Origin: an uncultured Planctomycetota bacterium
GTDB taxonomy: Bacteria; Planctomycetota; PLA2; JAEUHO01
Length of the DNA: 64,000 nucleotides
Assembly (NCBI GenBank): GCA_963752285.1
Contig: CAVVXN010000005.1
Location: forward strand, 544,001-608,000
Reading direction: 5' to 3'
In this document: one piece after another, positions 52,637-62,568 of the stretch
Layout: each line of letters begins with the position of its first letter
Numbering within the stretch: the stretch's first letter is position 1
Program-made: the position numbers and the translations under genes
Notes under the pieces: generated by a model
What the model saw: the letters and a program-made list of their open reading frames with translations, nothing else
Database searches by the model: none
Told to the model about the DNA's origin: nothing

Positions 52637-53973
52637 AGCTCGACCCGAAGCGTGCCGTGGAGCGGCACGGCGCTCGACGCGAGCGCGCCATCCTCGTCGG
52701 GCTCCTCCTTCCCGACGCCCCGACCACGTACGCCGAGCCGCTGGAGGAGCTCCGTCGGCTGGCGGACACGGCCGGCGCGGACGTCGTGGACGCCGTCGTG
52801 CAGAAGCGCGCGCGGCCCGACTCGGCCACGTGGCTCGGCCGGGGAAAGGTCCAGGAGATCGCGGCGCGGATGGGCGAGCTCGACGCCGACCTCGTGATCG
52901 TCGATCACGACCTGTCGCCGTCCCAGGCGCGAAACCTCGAGAAGATCGTACCGGGGCGCGTGATCGACCGCACCGAGCTGATCCTCGACATCTTCGTGCG
53001 ACGTGCTCGGACCGCGCTGGCGAAGGCGCAGGTCGAGCTGGCGCAGATGGAGTACGCCCTTCCGCGTCTGAAGCGGCTCTGGACGCACCTGAACCGCGAG
53101 GTGGGCTCGGGTCGCGCCGGGATCGGGCTTCGCGGACCGGGCGAGAAGCAGATCGAGGTGGACCGACGACTCGTGCGCGACAAGATCCGCGACCTGAAGA
53201 ACGAGCTCCGGGTCATGGCCAGGCACCGCGAGCGCCAGACCCGCGCGCGGGCCGCCTGGTTCAGCGTCTGCCTCGTGGGGTACACGAACGCCGGGAAGAG
53301 CACCCTCCTCCGCGCCCTTACGGGCGCCGAGGTCCTGGTGCAGGACCGCCTCTTCGCGACGCTCGACACGACGACGCGGGCCTGGGAGATCGCGCCGGGA
53401 AAGCGCGTGTTCCTCTCGGACACCGTGGGTTTCATCCGCGACCTGCCGCACCACCTCGTCTCGTCCTTCCTCGCCACGCTCGAAGAGGCCCGCCAGGCCG
53501 ATCTCCTCGTCCACGTCGTGGACGCCGCCGACCCGGACGCGCTCGACCACGTGGACGTCGTGGAGGAGACGTTGTCGAGGATCGGCGCGGGGGGCGTGCC
53601 GCGGATCGCGGTGCTGAACCAGGTGGACCGGGTCCGCGACGCGTTGGGCCTGCGCGCGCTGGAGGACCGCCTGCCCCGGGCCCTCGCCACGAGCGCCATG
53701 ACGGGCGAGGGGCTCGAGGCGCTCCGCGAGGCGGTGTACGCGTACGTGACGCGCCGCGACGTGGACCTCGTGGTCGAGGCCGACGCGGGCGACGGCAAGC
53801 TCCTCGCGCAGCTTCGAGAGTGGGGTCAGGTCCACGACGTCGCCTACCGGGACGGCAGGGCGCTCGTAGGCCTGCGCGTGCCCGCGCGCTACCTCGACCT
53901 CATCCGCCGGGCGGGGGGTGTGGTCGTCCAGGGCGCGCCGGAGCCGGCCCCGTCCGACGACGACCCCGCCTGA
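52633..53973 (+). CDS. hflX: GTPase HflX
   Basis: LADTAG, DRTELILDIF, QVELAQ.EY.LPRL, RGPGEKQIEVDRR, VGYTNAGKSTL, LFATLD, SDTVGFIR.LPH. The TTG start overlaps the nadB stop. Confidence 0.96.
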   Translation: MKLDPKRAVERHGARRERAILVGLLLPDAPTTYAEPLEELRRLADTAGADVVDAVVQKRARPDSATWLGRGKVQEIAARMGELDADLVIVDHDLSPSQARNLEKIVPGRVIDRTELILDIFVRRARTALAKAQVELAQMEYALPRLKRLWTHLNREVGSGRAGIGLRGPGEKQIEVDRRLVRDKIRDLKNELRVMARHRERQTRARAAWFSVCLVGYTNAGKSTLLRALTGAEVLVQDRLFATLDTTTRAWEIAPGKRVFLSDTVGFIRDLPHHLVSSFLATLEEARQADLLVHVVDAADPDALDHVDVVEETLSRIGAGGVPRIAVLNQVDRVRDALGLRALEDRLPRALATSAMTGEGLEALREAVYAYVTRRDVDLVVEADAGDGKLLAQLREWGQVHDVAYRDGRALVGLRVPARYLDLIRRAGGVVVQGAPEPAPSDDDPA

Positions 53974-54057
53974 GGCGACGGTCCGCCCGCCGGTGGTGAT
54001 TCCCGCCGGGTGCGGGCCGGGCCGGCCGGCGGGCGGGCCGCGCGCCCGCGCGTCCGG

Positions 54058-57000
54058 TCAGACCGCCGCGGGCGTCGGCTCGATCTCCTCGACCTCGATG
54101 TGGACTGTGAGGGCCCACAGCGGGAAGAGGAGTACGCCGCTGGCGAACACGAACAGCCCGAAGCCGAAGCCCCACAGCAGCCACGCGAGGGCCGTGAAGG
54201 GGAGCAGCGGCAGGAGCCAGGCCTTCGAGGCCGGGACGCCCAGCAGGGCGTGCGCGCGCGGGCGCCACCGGCGGATCCTCTCCCAGTGCCACGGCAGGAA
54301 GAGGAGGAGCGGGGAGGCGATCGCGACCGTGGAGTACGTCCCGATGACCGACCCGACGATCAGGATGAACGCAAAGCCCTCGAGGACGTTTCGCTGCCCC
54401 ACGTTGATCGCGAAGAGCGCGACCGCGGCCAGGAGGAACGTGGCGGAGGTCTTGATGGACCGCGCGAGCGTCTGGTTGATCGAGAGGTCGATCATCCCGG
54501 GCGTGATCGTCGGCTTCTTGCCGCGGTTCTCGCGGATCCGGTCGAACACCACGACCGTGTCGTTCACCGAGTAGCCCACGAGCGTCAGGAACGCCGCGAC
54601 CATCGGAAGCGAGATCTTCGCGTCCACCCAGCCGAAGACGTTCGCGACGGCGGTGACGCCCAGCGTGAAGGCCACGTCGTGGAACAGGCAGAGCACCGCG
54701 GAGAGGCCCATCGCCCGGCTGCTGAACCGGAACGCCACGTACACGATGATGCCCAGGAGGGACAGCACGAGGGCCACGAGCGCGTCGTTCTGGAGCCGGC
54801 GGGCCACGCTCGACCCGATCACGTCGGCCGCGGGGAAGGGCTGGCTCAGTCCCACGCCCTCGGCAGCGTCCGGGATCACGCCCTGGGCCTCCAGGGCCCT
54901 TTGGATCTCGGTGCCCCCCAGGAATTCCGAGAAGGTCGCGCGAATGGCGTCGGGCGTGCGCTCCACCGCCGTCTTCGAGGTCGGGTTCTCGGACTTCAGC
55001 CAGATCTGAAACGACTTGAAGGCCTCGTTCCCGGTCTCGACCGGCTTCACCACGACCGTGCGTTTCACTGCCGAGGCCGGGTTCTTGCGCCGCTCGCTGC
55101 CGTGGATCGTCCAGTACGGCATCGAGTCCGTGACCGCGGTCCGCAGTCGATCGGCCGTGAGGACGCCCGACGGGTCGAGCAGGTTGACCTGGAGCGCCAC
55201 CCCCCCGTCCACCGACTTCATCTCGTCGCCTGCGTCCTGCGGTGCCTTGTACGGCTGGGGCTTCTCCGCCAGCCAGTCCGGCACGAGGCGGTCGCCGAGG
55301 ACCTCGTGAAGGAACCCCTCGAAGGCCTTCTCCTCGACCTCGACGGAGGGTGCGCCTCCTCCCTTCACGTCCTTCGGCTCGAGACCACGCTGCACGGTCA
55401 CCTCGACCGCGTCGCCCTTCGTCCCGACCGCGACGACGTTGGCGTTCGGGTACGGGCCGGCCTCCACCTCGTGCTCGACCTTTCGCAGGTTCTCGTTCTC
55501 GTCGAACTCCTCGGTCTCCACGGTGAGCTTCTTCGACGTGGACGAGAGGAGCCTTCGGACCTCGTCCACGCTGGTGGGCTCGCGGCACTGCACCTGCAGC
55601 TTCAGCCCGCCCGTGAAGTCCACGTCGTAGAACGTGTACTTGTCCTCGAACCCGAACACGAGCAGCCCGAACAGGATGCCCAGGGCCGAGAGCGGCGCGA
55701 AGTAGCGCCGGAGCGCGACCCACGGGATCTTCGGCGCCACGCCCGACCCGAGCATGCGCATCTCGTTGAGCCGGCCGCGCTTCAGGAGCCACTCGAAGAT
55801 CGTGCGTGTCACGTAGATCGCGGTGAACATCGAGACGATCAGACCGACCGCCAGCGTGACGGCGAACCCGCGCACGGGGCCCGACCCGTACGCGTACAGG
55901 AAGACCGCGGTGATGAGGCTCGTGACGTTGGCGTCTACGATCGTGGTGAAGGCGCGGTCGTACCCCTCCGACAGCGCACGTCTCATCGTTCGCCCGGCCC
56001 GCCGCTCCTCTCGGATGCGCTCGTTGATCAGGATGTTGGCGTCTACCGCCATACCGAGCGTGAGCACGATGCCGGCGATGCCGGGCAGGGTCAGCACCGC
56101 TTTGAAGAACGCCAGCGTCCCCAGCAGGAGCACCAGGTTCAGGAGGAGCGCGAAGTTCGCGATCAGGCCCGATGACCGGTAGTAGACGACCATGAACGCG
56201 AGCACGAGCAGGAAGGCGACGATCACCGCCAGGATGCCGCGATTCCGCGACTCGCCGGCGAGGGTCGCGCCGACCTTGGTCCGCGACTCGAGCTTCGGCT
56301 TGACCTTGAGCGAGCCCGTCTGGAGGACGGTCGCGATGCTCTCGGCCTCCTTCTTGACCTCGTTGTACGTCTTGCCCGCGCCCAGCGTGATCTGTACCCG
56401 GTCCGAGAGGCGACTCTGGATGATCGGGTCGGTGACGAACTCCTCGTTGAGGACGATCGCCATCGGGAGGCCCTTGTTGGCCTCGGTCCAGTCGCCGAAG
56501 ACCTTCTGGTAGTCCGTCTTGACCTCGTAGAGGACGACCGGCATCCCCGACTCGCCCTGGCTCGGCACGGGGTTCGTGATGATCCGACCGTCGAAGCGGT
56601 ACTGCGCCTCGGGCTCTTCGAGGAGCACGAAGTCGGTCGGCTTTTCCGCGGAGGTGTCGCCCTCCTTCCTCTGCCTCGGCACCACGAAGTAGCGGGGGTC
56701 CGTCGGCTTGTATGGGAGCGCGCCGATCTCCGCGTCCTTCCACTTCTTGACCTCGTACGCGAGGAACTCCTCGTAGCCCTGGGCGGTCGCGGGCCAGGTC
56801 TTGGCGTTCTCCCCCTCGCCCTCCTTGGCCCCCTGCCACGGCGCCTTGCCAGTCTGAAGGCGGGGCGGGAGCCCGCCCGACTCGAGACCCCCGTACTGGT
56901 TCGTGGGCCGGACCGTGATCCGGAACATCAGGTCGCCGAGCTGGGTGACGACGTCGCTGATGCTGTCCACGTCGCCGGCGCTTTCAGCGGGCAGCGAGAT

Positions 57001-57285
57001 CTCGAACTTGTCCTCGCCGATCGGCGTGATCGAGGTCTCGGCCAGGCCGAACGTGTTGATGCGCTGGTCGATCACCTTGATCGTCTCGGACACGATCCGG
57101 TCCCGGTTCCCCGGCGCGATCCGTCCCGTGGACTCCGCCCGCTCCAGGTCGAGAGAGAAGCGGAGCGTCGTTCCGCCCTCGAGGTCCTGCCCGAGGCGGA
57201 TGCCCTGGGCCAGGAACGACCAGAGCAGGAGCGACGTCACCGTCAGGGTGAGCAGGCTGCGGGTCTTCAGGTTCATCTGTTCCAT
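54058..57285 (-). CDS. secDF: Fused protein translocase subunit SecDF
   Basis: LGQDLEGG, TLPGIAGIVLTLGMAVDANILINERIREE, IVDANVT, DFTGG, HDV, GYSVNDTVVVFDRIREN, NQTLAR, GTYST. Confidence 0.97.
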   Translation of the reverse strand: MEQMNLKTRSLLTLTVTSLLLWSFLAQGIRLGQDLEGGTTLRFSLDLERAESTGRIAPGNRDRIVSETIKVIDQRINTFGLAETSITPIGEDKFEISLPAESAGDVDSISDVVTQLGDLMFRITVRPTNQYGGLESGGLPPRLQTGKAPWQGAKEGEGENAKTWPATAQGYEEFLAYEVKKWKDAEIGALPYKPTDPRYFVVPRQRKEGDTSAEKPTDFVLLEEPEAQYRFDGRIITNPVPSQGESGMPVVLYEVKTDYQKVFGDWTEANKGLPMAIVLNEEFVTDPIIQSRLSDRVQITLGAGKTYNEVKKEAESIATVLQTGSLKVKPKLESRTKVGATLAGESRNRGILAVIVAFLLVLAFMVVYYRSSGLIANFALLLNLVLLLGTLAFFKAVLTLPGIAGIVLTLGMAVDANILINERIREERRAGRTMRRALSEGYDRAFTTIVDANVTSLITAVFLYAYGSGPVRGFAVTLAVGLIVSMFTAIYVTRTIFEWLLKRGRLNEMRMLGSGVAPKIPWVALRRYFAPLSALGILFGLLVFGFEDKYTFYDVDFTGGLKLQVQCREPTSVDEVRRLLSSTSKKLTVETEEFDENENLRKVEHEVEAGPYPNANVVAVGTKGDAVEVTVQRGLEPKDVKGGGAPSVEVEEKAFEGFLHEVLGDRLVPDWLAEKPQPYKAPQDAGDEMKSVDGGVALQVNLLDPSGVLTADRLRTAVTDSMPYWTIHGSERRKNPASAVKRTVVVKPVETGNEAFKSFQIWLKSENPTSKTAVERTPDAIRATFSEFLGGTEIQRALEAQGVIPDAAEGVGLSQPFPAADVIGSSVARRLQNDALVALVLSLLGIIVYVAFRFSSRAMGLSAVLCLFHDVAFTLGVTAVANVFGWVDAKISLPMVAAFLTLVGYSVNDTVVVFDRIRENRGKKPTITPGMIDLSINQTLARSIKTSATFLLAAVALFAINVGQRNVLEGFAFILIVGSVIGTYSTVAIASPLLLFLPWHWERIRRWRPRAHALLGVPASKAWLLPLLPFTALAWLLWGFGFGLFVFASGVLLFPLWALTVHIEVEEIEPTPAAV

Positions 57286-57351
57286 GGCGATCGAGGCTCC
57301 CAAGGAGGCGCCGGAGGCACGGCTCCTCCCGAGACCGCCGGACGGGGCGGC

Positions 57352-57666
57352 TCAGAGACGGAGGGAAACGAGGCGGCGCGACGCGTCGCAGGCGGGGGCC
57401 GTCTCCGACGCGCGATGGGCCGCGCGAAGGGCGGTCGGCGCGAGTCGCGCCCACCCCGCCGGCGCGAGGGCCACCGGCGCGAGACCGAGATCGAGTCCGC
57501 GGTCGATCGCGTGGCCGGCCGTGGCCGGCGACGCGTTCGATGCCGCGTGGACGAGAGGCACCGGCGCGAGGAGGGCGACCAGCACCGCGAGGAGGGCCGG
57601 GAGGAACGCGCACCCCGCCGTGACGGCGGTTCGGGCCAGTCGGCGCGCGCGCCTCCGCGGGCTCAC
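57352..57666 (-). CDS. 104-aa signal-peptide ORF between yajC and secDF (candidate regulatory leader or arrest peptide)
   Basis: The GTG start overlaps the yajC stop (GTGA), with GAGGAGG 7 nt upstream. Arg-rich N-region, hydrophobic core and VHA cleavage-like site; stop 66 nt before the secDF ATG. Confidence 0.65.
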   Translation of the reverse strand: MSPRRRARRLARTAVTAGCAFLPALLAVLVALLAPVPLVHAASNASPATAGHAIDRGLDLGLAPVALAPAGWARLAPTALRAAHRASETAPACDASRRLVSLRL

Positions 57667-58022
57667 GAGGACGCCTCCTCGGTGCGCTCCGCGGCCTTCG
57701 CGGAGGCTTCGTCGGGCGACACGACGTGGGCGACGGCCTGCCGGGAGAACCGGATCCGGACGTTGCTCTTGTCGTCCACGCGGAGCACGATCGTCTCGCC
57801 CTCGACGGCCACGACCGTGGCGTGCATCCCACCGGTCGTGACCACGCGGTCGTGCTTCTTGATCGCGGCCAGCTCCGCCTCGCGCTGCTTGCGCTCCCGA
57901 GACTGCGGCCGGATCAGCACGAAGTAGAAGATCAAGGCGACGAGCGCGAGCGGGATCCACCAACCGCCCCCGCCCTGTGGCGCGGCCTGGTCGGCGGCGA
58001 TCGTCATCCACCACGCGTCCAC
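57663..58022 (-). CDS. yajC: Preprotein translocase subunit YajC
   Basis: IFYFVLIRPQ..RKQR, IKKHDRVVTTGGM; AAGGAGG RBS before GTG. Confidence 0.95.
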   Translation of the reverse strand: MDAWWMTIAADQAAPQGGGGWWIPLALVALIFYFVLIRPQSRERKQREAELAAIKKHDRVVTTGGMHATVVAVEGETIVLRVDDKSNVRIRFSRQAVAHVVSPDEASAKAAERTEEASS

Positions 58023-58160
58023 CGAGTTCCTCCTTCGTCCTCGCGGTCCCCGGCCGTGACGGGGGGCCCGCCGCGCCCGGAAGCCCCGTATCGTAGGCTC
58101 TCCCGCCGGCCCGCCGACCAAAAATGGACGGCGAACGGCGTCGGACGCCCGGGGACCCCG

Positions 58161-59276
58161 ATGCGAATCCTGGCCGCCCTCTCGGGCGGGGTGGACAGCG
58201 CCGTCGCCGCCGCGCGCCTCCTCGAAGAGGGGGCCGACGTGATCGGGGTACACCTCGCGACCGGCGTCGAGTCCGACGGCGACTCGGCGGGCGCGAGCCG
58301 GTCGTGCTGCGGGGCCGAGGACGCGCGCGACGCCCGCGCCGTCGCGGCGCGACTCGGGATCCCGTTCTATGTCGTCAACGTCCGCGAGGCGTTCGCCGCC
58401 GTGCTCGAGGACTTCGTCGGCGCGTACGCCGCGGGCCGGACTCCGAACCCCTGCGTGCTCTGCAACCGGGACGTGAAGTTCGGGCGGCTCGACGAGGTCG
58501 CTCGGGGCCTCTCCTGCGAGGGCGTTGCCACCGGACACTACGCCCGGCGCGAGCGAGGCGCGGGCGGGCGGTGGCGCCTCCTCCGCGCGCGGGACGAGAA
58601 GAAGGACCAGTCCTACGTGCTCTACCCGCTCTCGCAGGCACAGCTCGCGAGGGCTTGCTTCCCGCTCGGGGACCTCCAGAAGACAGAGGTCCGCGCGCGT
58701 GCCCGCGCCCTCGGCCTCCCGGTCGCGGAGAAGCCGGACAGCCAGGACCTCTGCTTCCTGCCCGGAGGCGACGTGCGCGCGTTTCTCGCGGCACGGGCGC
58801 CCGAGGCGGCGCGCCCGGGCGCGTTCGTGGAGGAGGGGAGCGGCCAGGTCGTCGGACGGCACGGGGGCGCGGCGGGGTTCACGCTCGGACAGCGACGGGG
58901 ACTTCCCGCGCTCGGTCGCCCGCGCTACGTCTCGGGCGTGGACCCCGGGAGCGCCACGGTCCGGATCGCGCCGCGCGAGGCGCTCGAGCGGCGGACGGTC
59001 GCGATCTCGGGCGCGAACTGGGTCGAGGTGGCCGAACCCGGGGCCGGCGCGCGCTTCGAGGTGGCCGCGCGGATCCGACACGCCTCGGTTCCGGCGCCCG
59101 CCACGCTGGAGGCGCTCGGGAGCGGGGCGGCGCGAGTCCGGTTCGAGGCGCCCGTGTTCGCGCCGGCACCGGGGCAGGCCCTGGTCGCCTACGCAGGCGA
59201 GGCGGTCCTCGCAGGGGGCGTCCTGGAGCGGGCGGAGAAGCCGGACGGGCCCGGGGCTAGCCCAGACGGTCCTTGA
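58161..59276 (+). CDS. mnmA: tRNA 2-thiouridylase MnmA
   Basis: LSGGVDS, GRTPNPCVLCN..VKFG, ATGHYAR, KDQSY, KPDSQDLCF, T.GQRRG, PGQ. Confidence 0.96.
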   Translation: MRILAALSGGVDSAVAAARLLEEGADVIGVHLATGVESDGDSAGASRSCCGAEDARDARAVAARLGIPFYVVNVREAFAAVLEDFVGAYAAGRTPNPCVLCNRDVKFGRLDEVARGLSCEGVATGHYARRERGAGGRWRLLRARDEKKDQSYVLYPLSQAQLARACFPLGDLQKTEVRARARALGLPVAEKPDSQDLCFLPGGDVRAFLAARAPEAARPGAFVEEGSGQVVGRHGGAAGFTLGQRRGLPALGRPRYVSGVDPGSATVRIAPREALERRTVAISGANWVEVAEPGAGARFEVAARIRHASVPAPATLEALGSGAARVRFEAPVFAPAPGQALVAYAGEAVLAGGVLERAEKPDGPGASPDGP

Positions 59277-59529
59277 GCGCCTTGCCGGCGCGGAAGCCCA
59301 CGCCCACGGACGCCGGGATCGGGATGCGCTCCTTCGTCTGGGGGTTGGTCCCCATGCGCGCCTTGCGACGCGAAACCCGGAACGTGCCGAATCCGAGGAT
59401 CGCCACGTCGCCGTCCTGCGTAAGTCCTTCGGACACGGAGTCCGTGAAGGCGCTCAGCGCGCGCTCGGCCTCCGCCTTGCTCGAACCCAGGTGACGCGCC
59501 ATGGCGTCGACGACTTCGGCCTTGTTCAT
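59257..59529 (-). CDS. hup: HU family DNA-binding protein
   Basis: MNKAEVV, GFGTF, RKARMGTNPQTKE.I.IPA, FRAGKALKD. Confidence 0.95.
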   Translation of the reverse strand: MNKAEVVDAMARHLGSSKAEAERALSAFTDSVSEGLTQDGDVAILGFGTFRVSRRKARMGTNPQTKERIPIPASVGVGFRAGKALKDRLG

Positions 59530-59608
59530 CGCATCTCCCGCCGGGAGGGCCCTCCGCGGGGCGAATCCTAGCCAAACCTCGAAGGTCCGCAAGCCGTAAA
59601 CTCACCCC

Positions 59609-61948
59609 ATGGGGCCGAGCCGGATCCGGGTTCTCGCCGCGAGGGCGCTGATCGTGGGGGGCGTCGTGGCCGGAATCCTCGGCGTCGCGCTGCCGGCCTT
59701 CGGCCCTCCGCCGCCCCCCGTGGCGGTGGTGGACCTCTCCGCGAGCGTGGGGGCCGGCGCCTCCGGACCCCCCGAGGGCGCCCGCGTCTCGCCGACCTGG
59801 TACGCGGTCGCAGACGGCGTGGAGACCTCGAATACGCGCTCCGCGCCCTCCGGGCTGGGACGGGAGGCGAGCCGCATCGGCGAGGCCCTGAGACGGGTCG
59901 CCGAGGACCATCCGGGGCGCGTCGTCTGGCTGATCAGCGACGGCCGCGCGACGGACGGCTCGGCCGAGGACGCCGCGCGGGGCATCCGTGCGCGCGGCGG
60001 GCGGCTCTACACCGCGCCGCCCGCGCGCCCGTCCGCGGACGTCGGCCTCGCGCTCGCGCGGGCGCGGCGCACCCCGGGTGGTGGGGCGGAGGTCCTGGCC
60101 GTGGTCGAGGCCTCCGCCGAGGCGAGCGGGCGCGTCCTCCTCGTCCGGGACGGGGCCGCGATCGCCGGGGCGCCCTTCTCGCTCCCGGCGGGCTCGCGGG
60201 TCGAGGTGCGGATCCCGGACCCGAAGGCGCCGGACCTCCCCATCGCCTACCGAGTGCGGCTCGAGGTGGCCATCGGCACCGCGGACGACGACCCGGCGAA
60301 CGACGCGATCGAGCTCGGCCTCCCCTCGGACCGGCCCGGGGTCCTCCTCTTCGGGGACCTCCCGCCGGCGGCGTTCGCGAGCCCGGGCTCCGGGTTCCTC
60401 CTGAGAAGCATGCAGGCGTGGGAGGCGGGCGCGCTCGAGGCGGCCGACCTGGTGCTGCTCTCGAGCGTGTCCGTGGAGCGGCTGGGTCCCGCGCGCGTCG
60501 AGGACCTCCAGCGGTTCGCCGCGGGCGGCGGGCGCGTCCTGATCCTCGGCGGGCCGCAGGCGTGGGCCGCCGGCGGGTGGGCGGGATCGCTCGCCGAAAC
60601 CACGCTCTCGCCGCTTCGCGTGAAGGCGCCCGAGGGCAAGGGGACGGCCATCGTCCTCGTCCTCGACAAGAGCGGCAGCACCGCGCGGGGCGCGCTCGCG
60701 TCGCTCGTCCGCGCGGCGCGCGTGGCCGCACGTGGGCTCGCCCCCGGCGAGCGGCTCGCGATCCTCCCGTTCGCCGCGCGACCCGACGCGGCCGTTCTCG
60801 CGCCGGGCTGGGTCGAGAGCGGGGCCACGACGCGCCTCGGCGAGCTCGACGCCTCGCTCGAGAACCTGAGCGCCGGCGGCGGCACGGACCTCGTTCGGGC
60901 CCTGGGCGCCGCCGCCGACGTCTGCGGGGCGGAGCCCGCGACCCACCGACGCGTGATCCTCCTGACCGACGGCGATCCCGACCACGTACCCGACCGCGAG
61001 GCGCTCGCGGCGGTCGCGGCGCGCCTCGCCCGCGGCGACGTCCGTTTCGGCGCGGTCGTGTCGGGGATGCCCACGGCGGCGGCGCTCCTCCGCGAGACGC
61101 TCGCCGCGCGCCCCGACGACGTCGTGCTGCTCGACCGCGCAGGCGCGATCCCCGACCGCCTTCTCCGGGAGCTGTCCCGCGCGCGCGCGGAGCAGGAGCG
61201 CCGTCCCGCGCCGACGTCGGTGACGTGGCTCACGCCGGTGGACGACGACCTCGCGCGCCTCGCGCCGACGTACGTGCAGGCGCTCGAGGCGACGCCCGAC
61301 GCCACGGTGCTCGCGGTGGCCGACTACGCGGACGGTGCGCGCCTGCCGTTCGCCGCGCGGCGCGCGCTCGGTGCCGGAGAGGTGGTCGCGTTCGCGTGGG
61401 GACCGGAGGGCGAGCCCGACGGCGCCGCGGCGGCGCTGTCGCTCCGCGGCTTCGTGCGCGACCTCGCGCGGCGGGCCGACCGCGGCCTGCTCGCGGACGT
61501 CACCGGCGGCCTCGTCCGCGTGCGCCTTCCCGCGGCGTCGGGCGCCGGCGCGCTCGAGACCTTGCAGGGCCCGGAGAGCGCGCGCCTCCTCGAGGTCGAG
61601 CCCGGGGTGTTCGAGGGCGAGCTCCTGGGCGACCGGTCCGTGCTCCGGGTGCGCGTCCCGGGCCGGGACGGGGCCGAGGACGTCGTGCGCCCCCTCGACC
61701 TGCCGGCCCTCCCGCCCGAGGAGCACCGCGGCACGGGTGTGGACCTCGCGACGCTCGACCGGTGGGCCCGCGCCGGCGGGGGCCGGCGGCTCGCGCCGGG
61801 CGAGGAGCCGGACCGCGGCCCGTCGGGTCCCGGGACGCCGCTCGCCCCCTGGCTGCTGCTCGGGGCGCTCCTCTTCCTGCTCGAGGAACGACGCCTCGCG
61901 GAAGCGACGCGTGCCCTCGCCCGATCCAGCATGGAGGAGACACCGTGA
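59609..61948 (+). CDS. Membrane-anchored vWA-domain protein (two vWA-like units, Ig-like and GATase-like segments)
   Basis: N- and C-terminal TM segments; VVDLSAS...LISDG; MIDAS LVLDKSGS, GGGT, ILLTDG; GGRVLILGGPQAW..GGW....LSP. Confidence 0.82.
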   Translation: MGPSRIRVLAARALIVGGVVAGILGVALPAFGPPPPPVAVVDLSASVGAGASGPPEGARVSPTWYAVADGVETSNTRSAPSGLGREASRIGEALRRVAEDHPGRVVWLISDGRATDGSAEDAARGIRARGGRLYTAPPARPSADVGLALARARRTPGGGAEVLAVVEASAEASGRVLLVRDGAAIAGAPFSLPAGSRVEVRIPDPKAPDLPIAYRVRLEVAIGTADDDPANDAIELGLPSDRPGVLLFGDLPPAAFASPGSGFLLRSMQAWEAGALEAADLVLLSSVSVERLGPARVEDLQRFAAGGGRVLILGGPQAWAAGGWAGSLAETTLSPLRVKAPEGKGTAIVLVLDKSGSTARGALASLVRAARVAARGLAPGERLAILPFAARPDAAVLAPGWVESGATTRLGELDASLENLSAGGGTDLVRALGAAADVCGAEPATHRRVILLTDGDPDHVPDREALAAVAARLARGDVRFGAVVSGMPTAAALLRETLAARPDDVVLLDRAGAIPDRLLRELSRARAEQERRPAPTSVTWLTPVDDDLARLAPTYVQALEATPDATVLAVADYADGARLPFAARRALGAGEVVAFAWGPEGEPDGAAAALSLRGFVRDLARRADRGLLADVTGGLVRVRLPAASGAGALETLQGPESARLLEVEPGVFEGELLGDRSVLRVRVPGRDGAEDVVRPLDLPALPPEEHRGTGVDLATLDRWARAGGGRRLAPGEEPDRGPSGPGTPLAPWLLLGALLFLLEERRLAEATRALARSSMEETP

Positions 61949-62568
61949 CCGAACGCCCCGCCCCGCTCCGCGCGACCGTCCTCGCGACCCTGGCCCTTCT
62001 CGTCGCCGCGGGGTGCGCTCACGGGGCGCGGCGCGCCGCGCCCGAGCACGTGTCGGCCGGCGAGGGCAACCGCGACTGGTACGCGGGCACCCCCGAGATG
62101 CAGGCCCGGCTCGCGAAGCTGGTCGCGCAGATCCCGGGATCGTCGGCGCCGGACCGCATCCGCATCGGCCGCGACATCGTCTCGCTCGGCGAGCCCGCGG
62201 TCCCCGTCCTCGTGCGTGCGCTCGAGGACCCGTCGCCGGACACGCGCGGGACCGCCGCCTGGCTCCTGGGCTTCCTCGGCGACCCGCGCTCCTCGTCCGC
62301 GCTCGTCCACGCGCTCGACGACCCCGCGCCGCTCGTGCGGTACGAGGCCGCTTCCTCGCTGCTCCGCATGAAGGACGATCGCGGTCTCTATACCGCCATC
62401 GCGGGTCTCGAGGACCCGGACCCGCTCGTCCGGAGCAAGTGCCTCCTGCTCCTCGAGGACGCGACCGGCGAGACGTTCGGGTTCCGCGCCGACCAGGAGC
62501 CCGACGAGCGCGCGGCGGCCGTGGCGCGGTGGCGCGCGTGGGCCGCCGCTCGGAAGGCGCGCGGGTGA
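61945..62568 (+). CDS. HEAT-repeat lipoprotein
   Basis: GGAGGAG RBS and GTGA overlap; lipobox AAGC; repeats ALEDPSPDTR, ALDDPAPLVR, GLEDPDPLVR. Confidence 0.87.
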   Translation: MTERPAPLRATVLATLALLVAAGCAHGARRAAPEHVSAGEGNRDWYAGTPEMQARLAKLVAQIPGSSAPDRIRIGRDIVSLGEPAVPVLVRALEDPSPDTRGTAAWLLGFLGDPRSSSALVHALDDPAPLVRYEAASSLLRMKDDRGLYTAIAGLEDPDPLVRSKCLLLLEDATGETFGFRADQEPDERAAAVARWRAWAAARKARG

